From: a virus
Lineage: Duplodnaviria > Caudoviricetes
Length of the DNA: 59,160 nt
Strand: one strand, 5' to 3'
Virus record (IMG/VR): IMGVR_UViG_3300042516_004109
Location: 1-59,160 of that record
The notes beneath the pieces were generated by a model. The model made no database searches, was not told the origin of the DNA, and saw only the letters and a list, made by a program, of their open reading frames with translations. Position numbers and translations under genes: made by a program. This document shows positions 1 through 9,672 of the stretch, piece after piece. Position 1 is the stretch's first letter. Each line of letters begins with the position of its first letter.

Positions 1-170
1 ATAACATCTTTGACTTTATTCGAATTTGGGACAAGAAGATTTCTGATGATATCATCTATCCCAAAGTGTCAAGAAAGGTGCGCAAGTATGGTGCTTTTCT
101 TGCGGTGAATGTTGACAAGTATAAACTCTTGACAAAAGAAACTTTACTTGCTCAACGGAATACTATATAA
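1..170 (+). CDS. gp59: Helicase loader gp59, C-terminal fragment
   Basis: Frame 3 reads NIFDFIRIWDKKISDDIIYPKVSRKVRKYGAFL...TI* (TAA 168-170); resembles the gp59 C-terminus and lies immediately upstream of gp32. Confidence 0.75.
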   Translation, partial: NIFDFIRIWDKKISDDIIYPKVSRKVRKYGAFLAVNVDKYKLLTKETLLAQRNTI

Positions 171-171
171 T
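143..171 (+). promoter_or_regulatory. sigma70-type/early promoter for gp32
   Basis: TTTACT (143-148), 17 bp spacer, TATAAT (166-171). Confidence 0.6.
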
Positions 172-236
172 AATATGGTAATGAAGAAAGTGGATAAGCA
201 AAATACAATTTATACAACGCTATACGGAGAATACAA

Positions 237-1133
237 ATGAGTTTATCAAATCTAAAGAAGGGTTCGTCCCTTGATAAGTTGAAGAAGGCAGTTGAGCAAT
301 CTTCTGCTGGTAATACTGGTGGCAAGAACGTTGATGATCGTTTCTGGCAACCAGAGGTTGATGCCGCTGGTAATGGTTATGCAGTAATTAGATTCTTAGA
401 CACTCCTGCAGTAGATGGCGACGATGGGCTCCCTTGGTGTCAAATATGGTCCCATGGTTTCCAAGGTCCAGGTGGTTGGTACATTGAGAACTCTCTCACT
501 ACTATGGGCAAGAACGATCCAGTTTCTGAGTACAACACTGTTCTTTGGAACTCTGGCATCGAAGCAAACAAGGAAATCGCTCGTAAGCAGAAGCGCAAGT
601 TGACATACATCGCAAATGTGCTTGTCGTCTCTGATGCAAAGCGTCCAGAGAATGAAGGAAAAGTTTTCCTCTATAAGTTTGGTAAGAAGATCTTTGATAA
701 GATCAAGGAAAAACTTGAGCCTCAGTTTGCTGATGAGACGCCGCTGAATCCGTTTGACTTTTGGAAGGGTGCGAACTTCAAGGTCAAGATTCGTCAGGTC
801 GAAGGCTATCGTAACTACGATAAGTCTGAGTTCGAGGCTGCTGCTCCATTGTTCGCTGGTGATGATGCTCAGATTGAAAAGGTCTGGAAGTCTGCTCACT
901 CGCTCAAGGATTTCTTGAAGCCTGAGAACTTCAAGACCTATGACGAACTGAAGGCAAAGTTGAACAAGGTTCTTGGTGCTGGTGGCGTTGCTGGTGCAAC
1001 TGCTACTCGGATTGATGACGAGGAGGCTGATGCTCCTGTTGTTCGTTCTGCTCCTGCCAAGAAAGTGACGGCTGAAAGTGTCAGCGTCGATGACGACGAT
1101 ATGGCGTTCTTTGAGCGTCTGGCAAAAGACTAA
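237..1133 (+). CDS. gp32: Single-stranded DNA-binding protein
   Basis: DDRFW, GNGYAVIRFL, HGFQGPGGWYIENSLTT, YKFGKKIFDKI, NYDKSEF motifs; acidic C-tail; GGAG RBS. Confidence 0.97.
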   Translation: MSLSNLKKGSSLDKLKKAVEQSSAGNTGGKNVDDRFWQPEVDAAGNGYAVIRFLDTPAVDGDDGLPWCQIWSHGFQGPGGWYIENSLTTMGKNDPVSEYNTVLWNSGIEANKEIARKQKRKLTYIANVLVVSDAKRPENEGKVFLYKFGKKIFDKIKEKLEPQFADETPLNPFDFWKGANFKVKIRQVEGYRNYDKSEFEAAAPLFAGDDAQIEKVWKSAHSLKDFLKPENFKTYDELKAKLNKVLGAGGVAGATATRIDDEEADAPVVRSAPAKKVTAESVSVDDDDMAFFERLAKD

Positions 1134-1175
1134 ACATCGCTTATAAGCACGGTGTGCGTTCCATAGTGATGTTTG

Positions 1176-1204
1176 GGGGGACTAGAAATAGTCCCCCTTT
1201 TTTT
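1176..1204 (+). terminator. Rho-independent terminator between convergent genes
   Basis: GGGGGACTA-GAAA-TAGTCCCCC followed by a T run. Confidence 0.85.
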
Positions 1205-3878
1205 ATGCAATAATCGCTGAAGTAAATGATGTTGGGTGAGCAAAATCTCTTGATATTGCTCGATTAAATGCATTTTCATCTGATCTAGTTGATGCTTTTT
1301 GCATTGGCTGGTTTGGTGGTGGAGTTGCTTGTTTACCGCCGCCACTCGAATTATTGACTACCATTGGTGCTGCTGTTGGTGGTGCCGCTTGTGCAGTCAT
1401 TTGTGATGATGCCAGTTGAGCAGAACCTTGAGCAACTTGATTTCCTGTTGTACTTACTACAGGAGTTAATTGCGCACTACTAGAAGGAGCTGCAGCGACC
1501 ATGGAAGGTGCTGCTGTTGAAGGTGCTGCAGCGACCATGGAAGGTGCTGCTGTTGAAGGTGTTGCAGCGACCGAAGGTGCTGCTGCAGGAGGTGCTGCTG
1601 AAGGTGCTGCAGCGAACATGGAAGGTGCTGCTGCAGGAGGTGCTGCTGTAGTTGAACCGCCACCACCACCACCACCTCCACCGCCTCCACTAGCTGGTGC
1701 ACCAGCAGAGGCAACGAGACCACTCTCTCCAGAATATGCATTCACTTTAGCAAGAATTTCTGCGCCATAACCTTTTGTTAAATCTAGATTACCACCAATT
1801 GCTTTTGTAACTGCATAATTTGCTGTCTTTTGATCTGCAAAATCTTGCTTACCCTTTAGAGCTGTCATCACATATGACGCAGAGATTTTGGCTGCAACTG
1901 TAGGGTCATTGGCTAAATCTGGATTTTTCACAAGATCTTCACCAACCTTTTTTCCATAAAATCTGTAATTATTTTTGCCAGTTAATTGAATGTATCCTCT
2001 ACCGCGATACTTAAATCCATCTCCAGGTTCAGTATTGCCCATTGATTGTCCAATTGACGTATCCTTACCATACATCAACTCACCCATCGATGTTGGACTA
2101 GATTTAATTTGTGTCAATTGTGCATCATCGTATCTTGCTGCACGCTTTCCAAAAATTTTGCGAATTCTATCAAGAGCTGTATTCTTGTAATTCATATTTT
2201 CAGAAATTGGTTTAAAATTAGATTCTTTTTTAATATTTGCGAGCAAGGCAATTTGAGCAAATTTATTATTCAGACCAGCCTCTTGCATTGCAATATTGAT
2301 AGGTGATCCAGTCATATTTTTTATATCACTACTCACTGACTTATCTGTTTCTGCAAGACTTTGAGTTATACCTGCTTCAGTTGAAGATACATCAATAGAC
2401 CCTCTGCTACCGCCGCTGCCACCGCCAGTTCCACCGCCGCCAGTTGCAGCAGTTACAGGACCTGATCTCGCAGCTGCAGTTGCTGTTGAAACAGTTGATG
2501 ATCCAGGCATTGCACCTCGATTGGCTGCACTTACAGGAGAAGCTGGCGGTTTAGGGGCTGGTGCTGCAACTGCAGCTGCAGACTTAACGCTTAATTTCAA
2601 TGCATTATATTTTTCAGGATTGGCGTTAATTCTGGCAATAGCATCGCGAGCTGTTGCACTTCTCTTATCTCCTGGACCATAAGCATCAATAAGATCTTTA
2701 TATTCTTGTGGTAAATCATTGAGCCCATATTTCTTACCATCTACTATGTAACCAGTAGTTGCACCTTTAGGATCGTAAAGAACTTTGAGACCATAAATTC
2801 GCTCTAACTCTTTCATAGGTTTCTTTGCTTCATCTGCTGCTTTGCCTGAAGCCATGTAAGCAGCACCACCTACGACTAATCCTACGGTTCCAATAGCTGT
2901 AGCTGCCACTGTAGCACCAGGTGCTGCTGCTCTCGCATATCTTAATGCGCGGAGAGCGTTAGTTTTGAATTTACCTGGTTTTTTGTTTGTTTTTGGGTTT
3001 GGGCGATTTCTTCTTCTATCTGGTGTATCTATATCAAAGCCATCATCGCCAGAATTATTTTTTCGTATTAGATCATCAAGTTTTTGATGAATTGATTTAT
3101 TATTGTCTTGACCTAAACTTTTTAGAATCGATTCTACCGTATCCGCTAAACGAATCATTGGATCTTCATCTGCCGCAATTGCTGCGCTCAATGCATCTGT
3201 TCTAGAGATACCTGTGTTTCCTCGTTTTACTGCACCAGTTTCTTTAAACTGCGCAAAGGTTGCATCTGAACTTTTAGCAAATTTTCCTTTAGCGTCTCGA
3301 TATAAGGTTTTTCCAGTTGTTGGATCAATCTCTGATTTAAATCCTCTATTTACAAGAGTAAATTTTGCAAGGGCGCGTACATTTTTTTTAATCTCTACAA
3401 TATCACGCACTAAATTTTTAAAACCTGAGATATCATCTCTTTTTTTGACACTTTTTATTTTGTCTTTATCATTTTTTTTATCTAGATCGAACTTTGCTCG
3501 AGCTTCTTTAACTCGATCAGCAGATTCCATTTTTTCAAGACCGAGATTTTTAAACAAATCACCTAAATCTTTTCCAAGTAGACCCTCAAAAAATGCTTGT
3601 CGACGACCTGTCGTCCCTTTTATCGCAATGGCATATTCTTTTGCCATTTCAGACCTTGCTGATGCTGATGCAAAGGCACCTCCGATAAGCCCCTTTCCTT
3701 CTCTTGCAGCTGCGGCTGCAGCATCTGCCGCTTTTTCATATGCAGCTGAACGCTGTGAACCTTTAGAGGATTTTTTATTCTTTGCAACTTCTTTGATGAT
3801 ACTATCCAAAACACCTTTTGGTGCATTTGGTAATTCTCTCTTTAAAGTTTCTTGTAATTTTTTTGGATCTATTTCCAT
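1203..3878 (-). CDS. Tape-measure/baseplate-hub (gp29-like) protein with GH19 lysozyme/chitinase-like domain
   Basis: Follows gp26/gp51; helical N-terminus, central hydrophobic segment, ESNFKPISEN and DGFKYRGRGYIQLTGKNNY (GH19 signature), Ala/Pro/Ser-rich C-terminus ending in VVNN motif. Confidence 0.65.
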   Translation of the reverse strand: MEIDPKKLQETLKRELPNAPKGVLDSIIKEVAKNKKSSKGSQRSAAYEKAADAAAAAAREGKGLIGGAFASASARSEMAKEYAIAIKGTTGRRQAFFEGLLGKDLGDLFKNLGLEKMESADRVKEARAKFDLDKKNDKDKIKSVKKRDDISGFKNLVRDIVEIKKNVRALAKFTLVNRGFKSEIDPTTGKTLYRDAKGKFAKSSDATFAQFKETGAVKRGNTGISRTDALSAAIAADEDPMIRLADTVESILKSLGQDNNKSIHQKLDDLIRKNNSGDDGFDIDTPDRRRNRPNPKTNKKPGKFKTNALRALRYARAAAPGATVAATAIGTVGLVVGGAAYMASGKAADEAKKPMKELERIYGLKVLYDPKGATTGYIVDGKKYGLNDLPQEYKDLIDAYGPGDKRSATARDAIARINANPEKYNALKLSVKSAAAVAAPAPKPPASPVSAANRGAMPGSSTVSTATAAARSGPVTAATGGGGTGGGSGGSRGSIDVSSTEAGITQSLAETDKSVSSDIKNMTGSPINIAMQEAGLNNKFAQIALLANIKKESNFKPISENMNYKNTALDRIRKIFGKRAARYDDAQLTQIKSSPTSMGELMYGKDTSIGQSMGNTEPGDGFKYRGRGYIQLTGKNNYRFYGKKVGEDLVKNPDLANDPTVAAKISASYVMTALKGKQDFADQKTANYAVTKAIGGNLDLTKGYGAEILAKVNAYSGESGLVASAGAPASGGGGGGGGGGGSTTAAPPAAAPSMFAAAPSAAPPAAAPSVAATPSTAAPSMVAAAPSTAAPSMVAAAPSSSAQLTPVVSTTGNQVAQGSAQLASSQMTAQAAPPTAAPMVVNNSSGGGKQATPPPNQPMQKASTRSDENAFNRAISRDFAHPTSFTSAIIA
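1486..1650 (-). repeat. Intragenic imperfect tandem repeat (about 36 bp, APSTAAPSMVAA)
   Basis: gctgcagcgaccatggaaggtgctgctgttgaaggt present twice plus degenerate copies. Confidence 0.85.
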
Positions 3879-3884
3879 TTATTT

Positions 3885-4025
3885 TTATCTTCTGCGTTGC
3901 ATTTCTAACATCTTCATCTTTTCATTTTGCTCTTTTACCATCTCTTGTAGCATAGTTATGTAAATTTGTTTTTCCCAAGGTATCAGATTATCTAACTCAC
4001 TTAAAGAATACTTATGATGTTGCAT
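3885..4025 (-). CDS. gp51: Baseplate hub assembly catalyst gp51-like (not in ORF track; 5' end uncertain, possibly reached by frameshift)
   Basis: MQHHKYSLSELDNLIPWEKQIYITML... typical of short gp51 homologues; frame stays open upstream into the end of gp26. Confidence 0.8.
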   Translation of the reverse strand: MQHHKYSLSELDNLIPWEKQIYITMLQEMVKEQNEKMKMLEMQRRR

Positions 4026-4075
4026 CAATGAAAAATTAGTTGTATAGTAATTTTTCAAGTTCTCATAACCAAGAA

Positions 4076-4795
4076 TTAATCGAAAAAACTTAGAATACCC
4101 TCCACATGCACATTATGCACGAATTGACATTTGCTGCATGTCAGTTCCTGTTCTAGAACTACACGAGGGCTGGTTAAGAAAAACTGCTTGATATTTTGCA
4201 CTTGATCAAGCGTTAAATTATCAAAGAATGCCATTAATTCTTCTTTTGTGACAGAGTTTTTTTTGTAAACTTGATCTTGATCATAGATATAATCAAGATA
4301 CTCTGCAATTATCTCATATCCACCATCATCAAATTTATCATCTAATGCTGCTTGTGGAATCGATATCGATGGATAATTAAACTTAACTCCCACATTTTCT
4401 GTTAATTTGATAATACTAGAATGATTTTCTATATCTTGATACTTGATATTTTTTAATAGAAGATCAAATTCTGTAGCATGACCACATTCTTTATCCTCTA
4501 CAACATTGTTACATGTATGGATCATCTGGGCTGTTTCGCCGACTGAGTTAATTCGCAGATGTAAAAAGAACATCTCAACATCAAATGTTGGAAGATTGTC
4601 GACATCTATTTCATCTATACAACAATTTGTAATGATTTGTTTGATAGTTGATGTGATTTCATTTAAATTGTCTGCTTCTTTTGCAATCAAAAGAAGTTTT
4701 TCTTCTTTAACAAGAAATGGTCGAAAACGAATATTCTTATCAAGCGATTTTAAATACACTTCATGTATAGGATGTTCAATTTTTGGCAAAGGCAT
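4076..4795 (-). CDS. gp26: Baseplate hub subunit/assembly chaperone
   Basis: MPLPKI, RFRPFLVKEEKLLL, LPTFDVEMFFLHLRINSVGE, two Cys pairs, ends EGILSFFD. Confidence 0.9.
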   Translation of the reverse strand: MPLPKIEHPIHEVYLKSLDKNIRFRPFLVKEEKLLLIAKEADNLNEITSTIKQIITNCCIDEIDVDNLPTFDVEMFFLHLRINSVGETAQMIHTCNNVVEDKECGHATEFDLLLKNIKYQDIENHSSIIKLTENVGVKFNYPSISIPQAALDDKFDDGGYEIIAEYLDYIYDQDQVYKKNSVTKEELMAFFDNLTLDQVQNIKQFFLTSPRVVLEQELTCSKCQFVHNVHVEGILSFFD

Positions 4796-4817
4796 AATTT
4801 ACTCCACAGTTTAAAAA

Positions 4818-5552
4818 TTAATAACTACCACTTGCACCACCACCAGCAAATCCTCCTCCTCCACCACCTTGAAAGGGTGGTTGTGTTGTTTGCGGTCTTG
4901 ATGATGGTCGTTGATCGGTGACAGGTGGTTGAGAACCAGAGGCAGGTTGACTTGGATTCGATGGGGTTCTACCATCTTTATATACTGCTCTCTCTAGATC
5001 ACCAGTTAACCAGTACTCATATCTAAATGTTACAGCGAGACGATGAATTCCATCATCTGCCCAATTTAAATTCATTGGTGCAATTGATGTAGGAAATATA
5101 TTGTAGAATTGCACTTTGTACATGATTATTGGGCGATCATCTTCTCCCTCAACTCCTTGGGTTGTAGCCTCTGCAAATTGATTGATTTCAAGCGATGGAG
5201 CTAGATATGCAATTCTATAATTTGGATTATAACTTGTATTAAATGGAATAACAAGATTTAGCCATTTATCAAATAATTTTTTCTCCCAGAAATCACCAGA
5301 GCAAATAAATGTTAATGTTAGATCTCCAAATGTAGGAAAAGAGGCAACTGGTGCAGCAACACCATAGTAGCGACCGTCGACGGTATTTACAGTATATCCT
5401 GGGAGTTCTGTTGTTTCGCATTGAAAGCGAAGGTCAGTGGCATCTAAACCTAATCTGGTTGGTGCAGTAATTCTAACATCGAATTTCGAAGTTTTTGCGA
5501 AATCATCATGTTTTGCAAAATGATCTCTAAATTGATTTATATTAAATGCCAT
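4818..5552 (-). CDS. gp54: Tail tube initiator (gp54; gp19-fold)
   Basis: FQCETTELPG, LTLTF, FPTSIAPMNLNW, VTFRYEYW tube-fold motifs; synteny with gp2/gp26. Confidence 0.75.
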   Translation of the reverse strand: MAFNINQFRDHFAKHDDFAKTSKFDVRITAPTRLGLDATDLRFQCETTELPGYTVNTVDGRYYGVAAPVASFPTFGDLTLTFICSGDFWEKKLFDKWLNLVIPFNTSYNPNYRIAYLAPSLEINQFAEATTQGVEGEDDRPIIMYKVQFYNIFPTSIAPMNLNWADDGIHRLAVTFRYEYWLTGDLERAVYKDGRTPSNPSQPASGSQPPVTDQRPSSRPQTTQPPFQGGGGGGFAGGGASGSY

Positions 5553-6100
5553 TAAGATCTATACACCATCTTTTCAAAAGGAAGAAATATTGCTGTTTCC
5601 CAATTATCTGGCTCGATATAAATTAATGGAGACATGATATGAGAAAACAAATAACGCTTTATGCAAGGTTCAATTAATCGATATCTTCTAGATTTAGAGA
5701 GTAAATCATATGACAATCTAAACTTTGTCGTATCATCATATTTATCATTACTTATAAAGTCATGTAAACGATCTAAAAGAACTAAACGACTTGACGGGTC
5801 TAAGTAATGTAGATTTAATCCTAGGAACCCATCACTATATGTTTCCATAGGAAGAACCAGTGGAAATTTGTCCCACATCGGAAGAATGTCTTTAAGTTTA
5901 GGGTCATAATGATACAGGTACATTCTTCCTACAAAGGCTTGCGACGAAATTCGTTTTGCATCATTTAGAAGATTAGATCGATTAGACGGAATCTTGAGTT
6001 TTGAGAGCTGTGCTCCAATAAATCCACGAGCTGCCTCGGTGCGAGGTTTAATGCCTGCGGCTGTCATCTCTTTATTCAATTTATCAAATAATGATGGCAT
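5552..6100 (-). CDS. gp2: DNA end protector protein
   Basis: GRMYLYHYDPKLK, WDKFPLV, GFLGLNLHYL, CIKRYL, WETAIFLP. Confidence 0.92.
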   Translation of the reverse strand: MPSLFDKLNKEMTAAGIKPRTEAARGFIGAQLSKLKIPSNRSNLLNDAKRISSQAFVGRMYLYHYDPKLKDILPMWDKFPLVLPMETYSDGFLGLNLHYLDPSSRLVLLDRLHDFISNDKYDDTTKFRLSYDLLSKSRRYRLIEPCIKRYLFSHIMSPLIYIEPDNWETAIFLPFEKMVYRS

Positions 6101-6534
6101 TAGATACCTATATCTTTTTCAGTAACAACCTTAAACTGCCAATTTCGATCTTTACAGTATTCTACAGCAGCCTTCCATTTTGCTTCATTTACACCCCAAG
6201 TCATAACCTCATTGATGTATTTTCGAGTTATTTTGCTTCTTTTCTCTGGGGGTTCAGCCTGACTTTTTGGCTTAACTTCGAGAATCATCGCCTCTAGAAT
6301 CCCTTGTTTGTTCCGAACTCTTGCAAAAAAGTCAGGAAAATATCGATGCCAACGATTGTCTATTGGAGATAAATAGGGTATTATAATCTCCTCATTAGAC
6401 CATTCAATTACATTTGAATTTATATCCAAGTGTGTCATAACTCGGCGTTCCCACAGAGATCTATACCAGATGTTTGTAGGATCACCTAAATATTTGTTAG
6501 TATTCTTAGGACTAAATTTACCAGAGTAAGCCAT
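6100..6534 (-). CDS. gp4: Head completion protein (start at MAYSG)
   Basis: AYSGKF.PKN..KY.GDP, YRSLWE, HRYFPDF, EVKP, VNEAKWKAA. Confidence 0.93.
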   Translation of the reverse strand: MAYSGKFSPKNTNKYLGDPTNIWYRSLWERRVMTHLDINSNVIEWSNEEIIIPYLSPIDNRWHRYFPDFFARVRNKQGILEAMILEVKPKSQAEPPEKRSKITRKYINEVMTWGVNEAKWKAAVEYCKDRNWQFKVVTEKDIGI

Positions 6535-6547
6535 GCATTTATTTAGT
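6486..6547. promoter_or_regulatory. Two late promoters serving the divergent operons
   Basis: CTAAATA on + (6486-6492, inside gp4, towards gp48) and ACTAAATA on - (6540-6547, towards gp4). Confidence 0.55.
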
Positions 6548-6560
6548 AGAGAACAATATA

Positions 6561-7706
6561 ATGTCAATTATTGATTTAAAAATTGCAAGAGGTCCAAATA
6601 AGCTCTTCGAAGGAACTAATTTTGATTTTAAAGATTTAAGATTTCCTCCAGGCGTTGGTAATAATCCAAGGCTATTACATTCTATAAAATTTACTCCTAC
6701 TGTTCAGAATAAATCTAGTTATACTGTAACAAAAACGACAGGTCCAAGTGCGGCAGATGTAAATCGAGCGGGTGGTGCGCAACTTGGAAGTAATACAGAT
6801 CCATTTGGTGTTGGTTCTGCTTTAGGAATTACAGCGGGATTAGGTACACTTGGTGGTATAGCTGCAATAGGGAAGGCGGTTGATGATATCTCGAAAGGTG
6901 ATATTGGTGATGTTGCTAAAGTTGGGATCAATGCTGCGGGTGGTGCAGTAGCTGGTGTTGGGAAGGGTGCATTAGCTGGTGCAATAATTAGTGCAATTGA
7001 TCTAACGAGAAAAACTCGAAGAGCTGCAGGTTCAATTACTCTCTATATGCCCGATACTGTAACTCAAACTCAAGTAGCGAACTATGATGCAGTTTCTATG
7101 ACAGAGGCTTTTGGAGATGCTGGATTGATAGCGCAAGCAGGTGGATCTGTAATTGAAAGTGCGTTTGCTGCAGCAAAGTCAGATAGCATTAATTTCGGTC
7201 AAACACCAGGTTCAGGTGCTATAGCAGAGGTTGGTGCGAAAGTTGCAGGAGCAACTGGAGCATTTGGTGGAAATATTGAAAAAGCACTTTTATTTTCTGC
7301 TGGAGTTGCAAAAAACCCACAGGTTGAATTACTATTTGAAAACATTGCAAATAGAGAATTTCTTTTCGACTTCAAGTTTGTGCCAAGAAATCCACAAGAG
7401 TCGAAAGATATTATTAAAATTATTCAAACCTTTAGATTTTTTGCTGCACCTGAAATTCCAACATTAGGAAAAGGTCGCTATTTTATACCACCATCAGAAT
7501 TTGATATCCAGTTTATGGTTGGCAATAAAATAAATCCAAATCTTCCTCTTATCTCAACATGTGTGTTAGAAGGCATTGATGTAAATTACGGCAGCGCAGG
7601 ACAATGGACTGCATTTTTTGATGGTATGCCAGTTGAAATTTCAATGCAGCTTCGATTTAAAGAAGTCGAAATTTTGCACAAAGAACTTATACAACAAGGT
7701 TACTAA
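6561..7706 (+). CDS. gp48: Baseplate tail tube cap
   Basis: ITLYMP, NPQVELLF, REFLFDFKFVPRN..ES, CVLEGIDVNY, LRFKEVE. Confidence 0.88.
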   Translation: MSIIDLKIARGPNKLFEGTNFDFKDLRFPPGVGNNPRLLHSIKFTPTVQNKSSYTVTKTTGPSAADVNRAGGAQLGSNTDPFGVGSALGITAGLGTLGGIAAIGKAVDDISKGDIGDVAKVGINAAGGAVAGVGKGALAGAIISAIDLTRKTRRAAGSITLYMPDTVTQTQVANYDAVSMTEAFGDAGLIAQAGGSVIESAFAAAKSDSINFGQTPGSGAIAEVGAKVAGATGAFGGNIEKALLFSAGVAKNPQVELLFENIANREFLFDFKFVPRNPQESKDIIKIIQTFRFFAAPEIPTLGKGRYFIPPSEFDIQFMVGNKINPNLPLISTCVLEGIDVNYGSAGQWTAFFDGMPVEISMQLRFKEVEILHKELIQQGY

Positions 7707-8383
7707 TGAAATACTTCGAAAGTTTTCCTGGAACAATTTATACATTCGATAAGAATACTTTAAACAATCAACTTGTAACAAATATTCTTGCAAGATCTAC
7801 ATTTTTAAAGGAAATTGCAAATAATACTAGCATTGCATATGAATACGAGGTAAAAGAAACCGATACTCCAGAGATTATTGCATATAAGATTTATGGTGAT
7901 GCAAATCGAAGTTGGATCATCCTTTTGTTTAATCAAATTATTAATCCTTACTACGATTTTCCATTAAAAAATGATGCGCTTGAAACATTCATTCAACAAA
8001 AATACAATCAAACAATCAATGAAGCACTTACAACGATTCATCATTATGAAAAAGAGGTAACAAAAGAAACATTTTATGGGCAATTATTGATAGATAAATC
8101 AACTCAAACATACAGTATTGGTGAATTTGATGTAGATTATTCGGATAATTCAATAATACCTAACACGCTTCCTGGTACAGCAGATACATCTTTACCTATA
8201 AGTATAGAAACTGTAGTTTTTCCTGAATATACTTTAAAAATTACTACTATACATAAAGCAATTTCTAATTATACAAATGAATTAAACATAAATGATGCAA
8301 AACGATCAATCAAAATCTTAGAAAGTGTATATGTTCAACAAGTTGAAGATGAATTTAGGAGTTTAATGGCTGATGGCAGATAA
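7706..8383 (+). CDS. gp53: Baseplate wedge subunit (LysM-like)
   Basis: MKYF..FP, DTPEIIAYKIYG, WIILLFNQIINP, HHYE, NDAKRSIKIL. Confidence 0.92.
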   Translation: MKYFESFPGTIYTFDKNTLNNQLVTNILARSTFLKEIANNTSIAYEYEVKETDTPEIIAYKIYGDANRSWIILLFNQIINPYYDFPLKNDALETFIQQKYNQTINEALTTIHHYEKEVTKETFYGQLLIDKSTQTYSIGEFDVDYSDNSIIPNTLPGTADTSLPISIETVVFPEYTLKITTIHKAISNYTNELNINDAKRSIKILESVYVQQVEDEFRSLMADGR

Positions 8384-9665
8384 TGGTGTAAATAACTCAA
8401 AAGACTATGAGATAAAAAGTCTAGAGTTAATTAATTCTGGTGGTCAAACGATCGATTTGCGAGACATTTTTGTTGAATTGCAAATTTTTCAAGACATCTA
8501 TTCTTCTGTCATGAGTGGAAACATACTTATCAATGATGGTAATGATACTTTTTCTAATTTTTATTTGTGCGGTAATGAATATCTAAAGGTAAGCATCGAC
8601 AAACCTGGATTAAATCGTCCATTAGAAAGACTTTTTAGAATTTACAAAACTACAGATAGAAATCCATCGACTGATTCGGGTCAAACATACCTTCTTCATT
8701 TTTGTTCTGATGAATTGATATCATCACAAACACTAAATGTGAGTAAAGCGTATAAATCGACTAAAATTAAAAATATTGTTTCAGATATTCTATTAAACGA
8801 ACTAGGTGTTGATCCACAGAGAATTGCAAATTTAGAAGATACTTCTGGATCTTTTGATCTAGTTATTCCTGGGTATAGACCATTTGAAGCAATTCAATGG
8901 GTAACTTCTCGTGGGTATGATCAAAAGAAATTTTGTTATTTCTTTTTTGAGAATAAAAATGGGTTTAATCTGATATCGTTACAAACCATGATTAAACAAA
9001 AACCATATAAAAAAATTAGATATGAGATTAAGAAATCACAAAGTGATCCAGCATTAAATAAAGATTCGATTGACGATTTTACTATTTTAAGTGATTTTGA
9101 TATGCTAACCTCAATATCAAATGGGTCATTCTCTTCTCGATTGCTATCGATTGACATATTCTCGCAAAAATTTGAGAATGTTGATTATAATTTGCTTGCA
9201 GCAGAAAGCCAAGGAAATTTAATAAACAAATTTAAACCTGTAAATTCATTTAAAAATTCTAAGAATGAAACTCTTTTCAATTCACCATTTTCATTCTATA
9301 GAACTTACCTGACAACCAATGATACTATCTCAGAAAAAAGTAATGATATTAAATTTTGGTTATTACCAAGAGCATTACACATGACGCTACTGAATCACTT
9401 TAGAATTCGAGTTGTAGTTCCTGGTGATATTGAGATGAAAGCAGGTGATATGATTGATTATGAATTTCCTTTATTTGAAAGTGCTCAAACAGGCGGTAAA
9501 AAGTTCGATAAAGCAAGAAGTGGTAAATATTTGGTTGCCTCAATCAATCATAAATTTAGAAGCACCTCCTATGAATGTGTTGCAGAATTAGTTGCTGATT
9601 CTTTTTCTGAAGCGATGCCTGTGGCAAAAGATGGATTAAATAAATTGACTAAAAAAGGTAAATAA
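8373..9665 (+). CDS. Baseplate hub protein (gp27-like)
   Basis: Between gp53 and gp5; FQDIYS, FFFENKNGF, VPGD...AGD, SGKYLV..INH motifs. Confidence 0.7.
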   Translation: MADNGVNNSKDYEIKSLELINSGGQTIDLRDIFVELQIFQDIYSSVMSGNILINDGNDTFSNFYLCGNEYLKVSIDKPGLNRPLERLFRIYKTTDRNPSTDSGQTYLLHFCSDELISSQTLNVSKAYKSTKIKNIVSDILLNELGVDPQRIANLEDTSGSFDLVIPGYRPFEAIQWVTSRGYDQKKFCYFFFENKNGFNLISLQTMIKQKPYKKIRYEIKKSQSDPALNKDSIDDFTILSDFDMLTSISNGSFSSRLLSIDIFSQKFENVDYNLLAAESQGNLINKFKPVNSFKNSKNETLFNSPFSFYRTYLTTNDTISEKSNDIKFWLLPRALHMTLLNHFRIRVVVPGDIEMKAGDMIDYEFPLFESAQTGGKKFDKARSGKYLVASINHKFRSTSYECVAELVADSFSEAMPVAKDGLNKLTKKGK

Positions 9666-9672
9666 TTAAGTT

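Noticed and set aside
3214-3963. 249-aa + strand ORF, and similar antisense ORFs (396-899, 54734-55186, 56093-56497)
   Set aside because: Antisense to well-supported genes; no RBS or motifs; expected from codon bias
6535-6567. ORF-track 5' extension of gp4 (also 26804 and 33058 starts)
   Set aside because: Overlap neighbouring genes or promoter; downstream ATGs (6534, 26825, 33082) fit better
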